Shown here: one piece after another, positions 25,001-37,000 of the stretch | How positions within the stretch are numbered: position 1 is the stretch's first letter | Layout: the number at the start of each line of letters is the position of its first letter | NCBI RefSeq assembly: GCF_002571385.2 | Contig: NW_019217831.1 | Span: 299,885-363,884, forward strand | Direction of reading: 5' to 3' | Origin: Stylophora pistillata | Lineage: Eukaryota | Length of the DNA: 64,000 nucleotides | Position numbers and translations under genes: made by a program | The notes under the pieces: generated by a model | The model's input: only the letters and a program-made list of their open reading frames with translations | Told to the model about the DNA's origin: nothing | Databases searched by the model: none

Positions 25001-28000
25001 GGTGAGGTCTGAAATTTTCGCAGCTCTTCTAGCTGTGATGAGAAAGCAGAAGTCGATTACAGTTTTATTAAACTGCTCCTATTTTAACTGATTATTTAGG
25101 AAGTCGTCGAGCGTCTTGGCTACCGACTTGGTATCGAGGATTACCTAATTAAACCGGTTCAACGAATCATGAAGTACCAGCTCCTCCTCAAAGACTTTGT
25201 CAAATACACAGGCAAAGCGGGACTGGACACTACAGAACTCAAGGTGGGTCCCACTCCTTCTCTTAGTAAAGGAATTGCATAGACTCCGCTTTGATTGGTC
25301 TAAGAATTTTTTGCTATTTTCTCAACCAATCAGATGCAAAACTAAAACCAGTCGTAACTAGGTCACCCGTGTTTTCCGACGCTTCGGGCAGTTCGCTTGT
25401 TTTTACTTTGTCCGAATGGCTCTTTGTGAATTTTTCCTCTCTCCTTTTTGGACGGTGTCATTACCCATGCGGCTTAGTGATGTTGTGGTTTGTTATTTAT
25501 GTTTATAGAAAGCTCTGGACATGATGTACGTTGTACCTAAGAAAGCCAATGATATGATGAACGTTGGAATGCTGGAGGGATACACGGTAAAAAAAAAATA
25601 TATATATATATATCACACCAACACACATTTGTTTTCAAAATTGCATTACCTTAATGATGTTCCTCGATACGTTTCGTCTTGACACGATTTAATTCGTTTC
25701 TTTCTTTTTTTTTTTTTTTTTCAGGGTAAGATAACAGCTCAAGGAACATTGATCATGCAGGTGACTAACTCTCAAAGAATTCTCACTTTTTCTATCTCAT
25801 TTCCTCCAAATAAAATTCTCTTCCCATTCCTCCCCTCCCCTTTGTATCACTTTGCTGTTTACCCTCCCTGTCCTCTCCAGTAGCTAAGTTTTAAATTCTT
25901 CTTCTTTTCCAGGACACACTAATGGTGTCAGACCCGGAGACTCGCAAACCATGTAAGCGGCAAGTGTTTTTGTTTGAGCAGCTCATGATCTTCAGTGAAC
26001 CATTTGAGAGGAAGCTGGATTGGACAGTGTACATTTACAGACACAGCATCAAGGTAATATATCAATGTTCAGAGATATAGAATCTTTTTTAGCTTGTGTA
26101 AGACCCTCCGCGGCCAAGTGGAGATAGGAAAAGTGAAAACGCCAGGTCGTAGCTGTGTTTCGGTCGCTTTCCTCTTGAGACTTTCTCCTCTGATCGAGGG
26201 CGTGTCCCAGGTGTTTTGCCTTTTTTTGACGCTGAATCCCTGAAGAATAATGCCCTATGAGAGAGACATCTTGTGGACTGTTATAATACACTCTTATGTT
26301 GTTTATCAGTGAAATTCTCTGCCAACTGAGTCACAGAGGACTCTAAGGTGAGGTGGGCCATAAACTCGTCTCAACATGCGACACGTGTCCTACGTAATAA
26401 TAGATTCAGTAAATTTGCACTTACCTGTGTGGCAAAATTAGCCAAGTTTCTCTGGCCAGGAACTGTTATTGATGAATCACTCGCGTTACACCATTACAGG
26501 TGAATCACATGAATTATATGGAAGGGGTGGGGGATGATCAGTTGTCGTTCGCTATTTGGACCGGCTCAGACCCCGACGCGGAAATCTTCACCATGACTGC
26601 GAGCTCGGCCGAGAAGAAGAAGGACTGGTTACAAGCTCTGCAGAAGATGCGCGAATCTCAACGTGCTTTTGCTATAGGTAAGGTTCTCGGGATTGTTAAC
26701 AAGATGAGATGATCCCCGAAATTAAACGCTTTTGTTAGATCTTTCCTCTCTATGTTCTTCGGAGATGGTAAAGTTTAATTGATTGTAATCGTAAAACCGC
26801 TACATTTGATTTTGCTCAGTTTTCACGTCTAATAAACTTTTTTCTTGAAGAAGATACAGGCAAAATCAAAACCCAGTTAATGTTCAGCAAGTGTTTGTTT
26901 TTGTTTTGGTTTTTTTTTTTTTGCATTCTCTGCATTTGTCTGGAAATCTGACTTAAGAAAAGTGGGCTAAGGCAATATATATTAAATTTTTTTTATCTGG
27001 CAATGGAACCGGTGAAATTTCCAATTTAGCCTTGAGGAATTGTTTTCAAAATTTGCGAGGAGAAAAGATACAGATAGTGTATAATCATGGTCCGATGTAG
27101 TTCTGCTGCATTTTTGCCCCGAGATTTTTGTTAACTTTGTTTTTAACTTTGATTTAACTGTTCAACGCAGAATCGCCTGAAGTGGGGCAATTTTTAAACC
27201 AAGGACACAGAGGTTTGAAAAGAAACTTTAAACTTTTAAATTAAATTTAAAATAAAAGAGATGTGATTATATAACTTACTAATCGTTGAATTTCTAAATT
27301 AAGTTAGTCAGACTTAATGCCTTTGAAAGGTGAACTTGTATAGACTTTAAACATAAACTTTCAGTAACCCTTCAATCACGCTAAGCTAATTTTTTTATGG
27401 TATATCTGGTATTCTTTCAAATAACTGTACGGGTTGGATGTAATTTGACGGAAAAGAAATTACTGAAAGTCCCGTTAAATTGTTATGATCCAATATAATG
27501 AGAAAATTACTTTTTAAACTTTTAGCAAAAAGATTCTTTCAATGGTGACATTCTTTCGTTAACTGGCATTTCACTGTCCCCTATTGTAAATTTCTTCGAA
27601 TATAAAGTAAAATGTTCCTTCTTACGTAAATTAAAATTGTTAAAAAGTGATCCAACATTTCTTCCCTCGGCTACTGTTACTCATCACTGGTTGTTTTCTT
27701 GATTCTTTTCACAGCTTTAGAAAGACCAATTGAATATCAGAAACAACAGGCCAACGGCATGTAAGTAAGATGTGACATTTCGAAATAGAAAGAAAAAGTC
27801 ACTTACCTGATTCACACGTGCCTTTCTCTTCTTAGTCCTCCCGCATTGACTCCTGGGGGCCCCGTTACGACTCAGGGTCAGGTGACCCCATCAAGCAGTA
27901 CTACTCTACCGCTGACTACCTTCGCAACTCGCGGACACAGTCTAAGCCTTCCTAACGCTGGCTCGCTAAAGAAAGCGTCACAGGTAAGGAAAAAACGCGC

Positions 28001-31000
28001 TGAAACTGTTGTGAATAAAGCTGCATCTTTGCTCCATATTTCGTAAGCGAAAGAGATAGACGCGTATTTATCGTTGTTCTCTAGATACCAGTCCCTTCTA
28101 GTCAACCCAGTCGTCTTAAGCACATGAATCTCATCGCTTTGGAAACTGCTCAATCTCTGGAGGACCTGACGTCGCCTTTCTCAAATACTTCGGTGAGCAG
28201 AAACGTTCTTCATCTCTTCCGCAAAGTCCCGTTCCACCGTTCTTCCTGCTAGTCAAAAATGTGAAAATATTTCCTTAATCTCGTCAATGTTCTGCTGCTC
28301 AGACAGAGAGTCGCAGAACGTAGTTTCTCGAGGAAATAGAAAGATCTTGAACCGCAAAAATGTGTTGTTGTTAAACAGCAACGAAATTATTAGTGTTACT
28401 TGACGTGCGACTGTCACAGGTACTGCGTGATTGTCACAGATACCGCGTGACTAATGTTGGAACTTTTGCCATTTGCAGCGTAACAAAGAACGTTTCGTGG
28501 TACTGGAGGATTTCAAGTCCAAAGATAAAGATCATCTTTCTGTGAAGAAAGGAGAAGTTGTGTACTTGGTGTCGAACAAGAAACACGACAAGAACTGGCG
28601 GTATGTTTGTAATTTCACCGAAGACAAACTCGGACTTGTGCCCGCCAAGATCTTAAGAAAAGAAGCCAACAACAACTTCGAAGGTTTGTTCTTGTCTTTC
28701 AACGCAAATTCTTGTCATAATTTATCTGAGATTTTAGAGTTGAATTCAGTAATGTTCCCTACTCGTTGTTTGTCTTTCTTCTCTTTGCCTTTCTGCTTGA
28801 TATCTTCTTGACATCGTGACTTCCGTCATAAATTTGTTTTGGGGGAATGGGAACAGGCGATATAATATACTCTGATTGTTGGAAACTCATAGCAACTGTA
28901 GTTTGGTCACTAAAGTCTCTTGGAAATCCAGGCTCACTTTGGAATTACGTGTGGAGACCACACAAGAGGATCCTTCTATTTGTAGTACTCTTTTAAAACA
29001 AAGCTGATAGCGAAAATGAATTTTTTTTCAAGTCAGATTTTTTTTACTTTCGGTTCTAGATTCAGATACTCCGATGTCTCCCAAGAAAACGGCCGGGTAA
29101 GAACCTTTTTGTTACAGCCCTTAAAGTTTTTGTGTGGCCTTTTGAGGTATCAAATTTTCAGCAGCGAGTTTTCTGTTGTAATTTTCTCAGTCACGTGTCA
29201 TTGTGAGTTCTTGACTTTCGTTATTGTGGTTCGTGTTCAGAACATTTTCAAGGAAAAAGGTTTCAAGGCATGAGAGTTTTACGTAAGTTCTCGCTATTTG
29301 TGTTATTTTTGTGTTGATTATTTATTTTTGTTTGATCAGGTTTGAAAACTCTTTTGTGGATGGTTTTATTTATTTTGTAATCGTACAAAGAGATGGGTAT
29401 TTTATATCTGAAATTTGTTTTGGTGACAAACAGATTGCGATTTCGGCGATCGACAGTAAATCGTTAGAATCAGTCGATAAGTGATCGTCCAAGAAAGGGT
29501 ACCTAGTCGGCGCTCCAAGCTACGACCGTTCGGTCGCTTGAGCGGCCCGTGTTCGGCGCTCCTATAACATAGTTCTAATGTTTTAAAACTTTATGTTCAT
29601 GGTCCTAACTCTAAGCTAGATGCAGAAAGAATCTCTTCTCGAAGAAGAGCTACGCTTACAACTAATGATAAACTGTTTCGACTCACACCCACTGTACCTT
29701 GAAGATTTTCATCAGCGCGCAATTATAGAAATAGGCGGCCGCGCGGAAAATGGGAACGGGTGGTGGTCAAGCTCTACTCTGCCTTTTGCTGCATAAGTTT
29801 TGCACGGTGCTGGGTTTTTGCTTAAAATGATTGCAGCTTAACTAGATGCTAAGAGGTTGGATTCATATGCATGCCAGTCGTATGGATTTATTGTACGCAC
29901 TAATGCTTTGATAACGCTAATCTTACGTAACCAGTGAACTTAATCCGCGTAGACAGTAGTTATTCGTAATGAGAAGTGAAATATTTGATTCTAAGTCTGT
30001 CAGACCCTCATCCTGGGAAAGAGGTCAGCCTCGTTTCGTATCCTAAGCTAATGTCGTCTTGTTGAAACGGTTTACCTCGTTTTGGGATTCGGGCCAAGGA
30101 AGGACTTTAGAAAGAAGTCGTGGTCAGGTTTTTCTACTGTAATCACTCTGCGTAATTAAGGTATGAAAATGTCGAAACATTTGGGGAACATGATGCCACA
30201 GTACACGAATAACTGTGGCTTGTTGTTTTCAACCAGAATGGCTAAAAAGAGTAAAGAGAAGATTCTACCGTCTATTACACGTCATCGGAGCTTTAATACG
30301 TAAGTGTGTGGTGGCATGTGTGTGTGTGTGTAAAATGTGTTTCTCTGCACTAATCAGCATTAACCTGAGACCACGGGAGTCCTAAGATCAAGTCAAGTTT
30401 TGTACATACAACTTTGAAACATAAGGAAACTGAATTAGACCAATCAAAATTGACGAGTGTGAAAAGCGCGGGAAAGCATCATAGGTAGTCGGTTGTAAAG
30501 GCGGGAAAACCTGATAAAAGCGCGCGTAAGCGTGTGTTCAGTGCAATGACGAGGTGAACAATCTTGCCTGATTAGTCTGAAAGGGCAAGCTAATCTTTCT
30601 TCCATCTGATTGGCTACATGGCTCACCGAAACAAAAAGACTGAAAACTAAACGCCCTACGGCACTACCTTAACATAAAGGTTGAGTATTTTCAGAATTTA
30701 CGAGAAATTTCGCGATTGTGCAACACACTCCGCTACTCCACCACTGAGTAACAGCGAAGTCTGGTGAGTTAGGTCATTGTAAGGCTCAAATGTGTCACGC
30801 TAGGATTAGCCATGTCGAAAGTATTGTAAGAGTATATAGAATTACAAAGATGGTAAAGTTTTTAGCTCGGTTAAGGAACCAAGAATTATCTGAAGGGACT
30901 CCTGTGGTTTCTTGCTTTACTAATAATCCTAACGCGCTTGAATTAACATTTAGCATCCATACGTCTATCCAATTTTACATAAAGAATTTACGCGTACGTG

Positions 31001-34000
31001 TATTCCTTAATTTCTGACCGATAACCCTGTGATTATTACAACCCTTATGACCATCAAGTAATTTCTCCACCTCTAACTTGTATATTATGAAGTAGACAGG
31101 TGATGACATTAAAGGTATTAATCAACGAGGGATATTGATTGATGCTGCACCATATTCTCACAATTAGCAAATGGTAAACACCACAGCGTACACTATTGAG
31201 TTATGGATGCACGCGGGAGGTTGCTAAGCATGGAAGAAGCGCAAGAGTCGCTCGAGGCGATAGCCGAGAGCGACTCTAGCTTCTTGAGTGCTTAGCAAAC
31301 CTCTCAAGGGCATCCATAACTCAATAGCGTACGCTGTGGTGTTTACCATTTTTTTTATAACATAACATTGATACATTGTAGCTAAAGAGTTTCCTTTTAC
31401 TTAACAAATCTTACGTGACCAGAAAAAACAAGCGCGCGCGGAAAAATAGTCTTTGTATTTGCTCACGTCAGCAGCGTACACCCATGGGCAAATGGGGGAC
31501 GCTAAATTGACCAATCAGAGCGCGCGCTTTACTTTGGTTATGTTATAATTAGCATTGTGAGAAATGTACGATATAGAGTAAGGAGAATTTGCATTGCGAT
31601 CGTTTGAGTTGAAGTTAACAGAGCGTAAAACCTCAAACAGCAAAATTTCTCAAACATTTTCCAATGAAGTATCTTCGACTTGTCACGGAATGGTTTTCAG
31701 GGCGTGACACTCCGTAACGACCGAGAACGATTGACGGAGAAGATGGCTTGACTGGAGAAACGTTTCCACGTGGAAAAAAAAAAAGGGGGGGCTAAAAGTT
31801 TATTTGTGTTTTTACAGGAGTGATAATAAAGATAGACGGACACAAAAGAAACAGAAGGACTCTTATTTGAATGCCTTCTCCAACAAGATAAAACAGAATA
31901 TAGATAAATACCGAACAGAATTGAGCACAGAAAATGACAATGATACCGAAGACATTCCTGTCACCTCATCGGTTAGTAACTATTTTTTCAAATTATCAAG
32001 TGTTTATTTCACATAGTTTTCTTTGATTGGACAGTAAGGTTAATTCTGCAATCAAGTCAAGTGGCCCGCTTAGTCGGAGAGAATCCCGGTTTCCTTGAAG
32101 CGACAAAGAGAATTACTACTCCCCCGTAGATGGGATGCCAGGTTATCCCTTCCCAGCATTCCATAAGGTTTCCATTACATTTTGCTGGCACCCGACACTG
32201 TGAGAGAAAAGTTTTTTTGCCTCAAAAACACAACACAATGACGCAGTCAGGTTTAGGACCCAGACCTCCCGAACCGGGTCAGCGCACTGACCATTCGACC
32301 GGCGGGTCCCCCACACCCTGGACATCGGTGATCAAAACTGATGAATTTTTTTTCTCTCTCTCTCTCTTCCAGAATCAAAAAGGAAACTCCGAAATCAGTA
32401 CGTATCAAGTTATTATTTCACTCTAATTATGACTGTGGTCTTGATTCAGAGTTGTTCATTATAAGTGCGTTCACTGCTCACGTATTTACCAAAATGCTAT
32501 TAGCTTTTTAAAAAAAAATTTTTACGTGCTTCGTTCACAACTCACTTAAAGAGTTTTTTTTGTTTTTCATTTTTATTTTAGTTGAGCAAGATCTGCACGA
32601 ATCACAAACCACATTGCATGCCGAAGATAATCTATAACAACAGTTAACGTTTGTCACTTCACCTCTGTCAACTCTTTGTCTTTATCACAAGGAAATTTAA
32701 GACTTAAAGCTACAGTTTAAGTTAAAGTTAAATTGGGAAAGAAGATTTAAGGTCTGTAACTTAAGTCACCAAAACTTAACTTGCAACAAAAAAGCACCTA
32801 GTTGCACAAATTGATAAGTAAGTTTTAGGCGTATAAAAGCACTGAGAAATATTACAGTGCGCGTGTTGCACCATGGTCAGCTGTACAAATTATTTTGCTA
32901 TATCTGTCTGTCCTTTCGTGGGCATGTTGACCACGTAGGTAGTCACATTAAATTATTTTTATGAAAAGGAGAGATGTCGCTAAACCCACTTACATGGCTA
33001 TGGTTTGCTAGTTAGCCGTCACAAAGAACGTTTTTTTAAATTTATGTTTCAGCTTTGAATTTATGTTGAATAACTCCAAAGCTTGACCGGAGTCAAAATG
33101 TGTGAAAGTGATCTCTTGCCTTCGAGGTTTTGACGAAAACTTTGGGAAAGCAATCGGCGGCCAAATCGCTCCTTCGGAGCATTGTTGTAGTTTTCTCTAT
33201 TTAGTTTTCGTGGAGGGGTAGAGTTTATTGCTTGTATAAAGAACGCGCTCGGCAACAGTAGGCGCATTGCACTGTTTTCCGCCTAAGTTGTCGTTGAATT
33301 AGATAAAGCAAAGAGCTGGCAATGGTAATGTAATGCTCATTTAGTAAAACTAATTCCTAACGTTTTATTTTATTGTAATTTTTTCCGTTGCTAACCCGAT
33401 TAACAATGCACAACGTACTTACTTTCACGCCGTCAGCTTTCATCGAAGTTCTTCGTGACGTCACTGTTAAAAGCGGCCACCATTTACGGCTTCAGTGCAA
33501 ATTATCATCGCTCCCCACCCACCCCCTCACGGTGACCTGGACTAAGAACCAGCATGCCGTAGAAAATTACGACAATATCAGGCTAGTTAACGACGGAGTC
33601 ACGCATGCGTTGGACATCACGCCAACGGAGACTGCCGATACAGGTCACTACAGGTGTTCTGTCAGGTGCGGGTCACGCCGCATCACGTGCTCAGCTTACG
33701 TTGCCGTGTTAGGTAAAAGAAAAAGCTGTCAAAAGCAGGTACCCCTTGCTGCTGAATGTCACGTGGCGTAAATCGCACCAAAATGTTTGGGTTAGGACTA
33801 AGAGCGAGAAGCAGAAATAACGTTGAAGAGAAAAAATTTGATTAAACCATCGTTCTCGTGTAAATACTGACCTTTGACGATTGAATTTCGATCTCCGACG
33901 AATAAGTTTCTAGCTTTGACGAATGCATTTCGATCTTTATTGTGTGATTTTTTTATCCCTCTCGAGTCAATGTCGTCCTCCCACGATTGTGTCCGGATCT

Positions 34001-37000
34001 CACCGTCAGTTTCACCTCCATCTTCATTAGAAGAGTGTTGGTTGTTGATCACAAAAACATCAAACTCAAGCTATAATCAAATAGATTTGGTGTGAATTAT
34101 GTCCCACGACTTACAGTAGCAAAGGGGAAGGGGATTACTTGGACAATCAACAATAAAATCTCAGGGCTATCGCAGGATAAATCACTAGGGTATATGCTTC
34201 TTACTTGCGTTGTTTCATAACTCTTTTGCTACACAAGTACTTCGAACTGAACTTAACACCAGAGTATTGCAAACTTTGGGAAACCTTTCGGTGTGTCAGG
34301 TTTCCTTCAAGTAGCATACAGTATCTTGTAGCGACAATCGTGGCCTCGCTGAATTTTCGGTGACAGAAATGTGCCGACCGATGGCGAGTTTTTCCGACCC
34401 GAAAATCCTAACATGTCAGACCACCCATCAGAATTCATTTTCATGTGTCACTGTTGTTATTTTGAGGCTTACTTCGCTTGTTGCATCATTAAGGTGTTCC
34501 CGAACCTCCCTCGAAACCTTGCGTCAGAGAAATGACCTCGTCATCACTCGTGTTGCACTGGGAACCACCCAAGCTGGACGGAGGTAAACCAATCACCGCG
34601 TACACGGTGGAGTATAAGGAGACTGGGGTGAGTGTGTGGCAGGCGGCGGTACCATTTGTGGCGGGAAACAGCACGTTAATAGATGATCTTACGCCGGGCG
34701 CCACGTACCAGTTCCGAGTCAGTGCTAATAGCGAGATTGGTATCAGTCGACCCAGTCCTATCTCGGATTCCATAACACTGGACGTCGAAAGCGGTAAGTG
34801 TTTCTGCAGGTGCAAGTAATATGCGAGCGTGAGGTTATTGTTACGGTGGTAGTGCAAAGAAAATCGTCACTATACTATCAAAAAAGTTGTCGTGCACTGT
34901 TGGTGGTTTCTTCAAATAGCGAAGACACTCTTAAAATCTCTCCTTCTAGTAAACCAAAAGAAACTCAAAGAAGTTTGCAATAGTTTACTATGTGGCAATT
35001 TCTACTTACTGGAAGTATCTCACTGCTAAATAGTAAAAAAATATATTCAATTTTATATCTAATCTGAGTTGTGTTGCTTTTTACAGAGGAATCTTCTTAA
35101 ACATCCAGCTAAATGAACATCAGCTATCTTCGTACTTCAAAGAATTAAACTATTCAAGCCACTTTAGAGATCTTCCAATTATTTCCAACCCTAAAACAAT
35201 TGACAAACGTTGTAAAATAAAACTAATTTGTACTTAAAATTGTTCTATTATTGAAACACATGTAAAAGTTCCTTAGGACGTACGCTTTAATAGAATAAAT
35301 GATTACTTGTTAGGTAGTTGAAAATTTAAATGTTCACCCTAACCGTGGGTTGTAGTATTAGAGCACGAGTTTTGTGGATAGCTGCCAAAATGTAACTGTT
35401 GCCTCCTGGGAATAACGCTTAAACGCATGTTCTTCACGTGATCTGCTGGTCAGCTGTTAATCACGTGTTGTCACTGAGTAATCGGGCCAATCACAATCCT
35501 TGTTGAATGACAGGTCGTGCGGGCACAACTTGTCATTCAGATATAAGATCTGTCACTTCGACTTTCTCCAGGAAAGTTACTTGAAATAAACAGCGTTTTA
35601 AACAAAGCAGCCAAGAATAGTTACAGGCATACTGTTAGCTTTGTGGTCAGATAGTTTGATACCACGAAGTTTGCCGAAACTTGTGAGTTTACGGCCTGTT
35701 TTTGTCGGTCAACCAATCGCTAAGCCAATTAATGAATCAGTTTTTTCCCACGTGATGAGGCTTGCACGTGCGATTTTAAAAAAGCCTTTTTCTTTACATT
35801 TCTTGTAAGTTTTGAAAACGAACTTAAGATGCCTTTAAGCTCGTAATTTTATTAAATTATCAAATTTCTTTTGGGTATTTTAACCTCAGATAATTAAATC
35901 AAATCGACTCTGCTTTAATGATGTCTGCCTAAATGTAGTAATTTCCCTCTTAATCCATTAACTTAAATGAACCTTAAAATTTGAAACAGCGTGTTCGATA
36001 ACGACTCGTATTGTTCATGACTCGAGAGGGTAAATTTCCCTCGGCACTATGAATAAACATTCGATGATAAAAAGAAAATAGTAAGAAAATTGAGCTCCGT
36101 TCTAGAATGAGTTATCTGTGTTCTGCTTGGCGAGGATTTTATATTGATAATTATTTATTTTAATTTATTGACTGAATTGCAATGTACTTGTCAAGTGGAC
36201 ATGGATCTGCTCTTCTAGGCCGGGTCTGAAGTGTTTTATTCTATCATTTAGCCCTTTAACTCCCAGAAGTGATTCACATGTAACTTCTCCCTATATCATC
36301 CATGCATTATCCAACCAACATGTAATGAGAATATTCAAATTTATCAGATAGACTTGGGAAGTCTTGATTTAACGCCAAATTCTTGAGACTTATGTACAAC
36401 GAAATGTGGAGCAACTAGAGGCGAGAATTGACAATCAGATTATGGGAGTTAAAGGGTTACATTGGACCCTCATTTTTAGCGCTGCAGGACGCGCGTTTCT
36501 TCGCCTGTGGGAGGATTGGAGAATAAACCCCTTGCCAGACTTCTCGTAGGCTCACGTTGCCCCAGGCCTCGCACTTTTCTGCGGGCGAAGAAACGTTAGT
36601 TCCGAAGCGCCTAGAGTGAGGGCTCGTTCGTAGGCTAATTTAACCTATGAGCTATTAGGGCAACACGGTTATATTGAATGATGTTTAAATCAATTTAATT
36701 GTGCTTAATAATTTGAGTAGCTGCAAATTAGAAATAAAAACCGACTGAAATGTTTAACGATGAATGAGTTGTCCTTTTTCAGCCATTGCTCGGCTTCACT
36801 TTATTGCGAAAAACGTTGTCGTAAAACAATTAACAGCCTTTTGAATAAGATTGAACTGAACGAAATAATAAAGTATTTAAAAGTGAATAACCTACAATGA
36901 AAATGTAAAGACTGGTTAATTATCATTCCTTGCCCAACTGGTGTGAGAGCGGACAAGATATGCGTCATTGTGAAAGGAGACGCGCGTGGGTCTAGATGCT

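Noticed and set aside
25721-25731. Recursive splice site CAG|GGTAAG
   Set aside because: GT is offset by one base and is explained by Gly-Lys codons of the 36-nt exon; flanking introns are short.
31701-31770. Extra Trio exon after TTTTCAG
   Set aside because: Stops in all three frames before any good donor.
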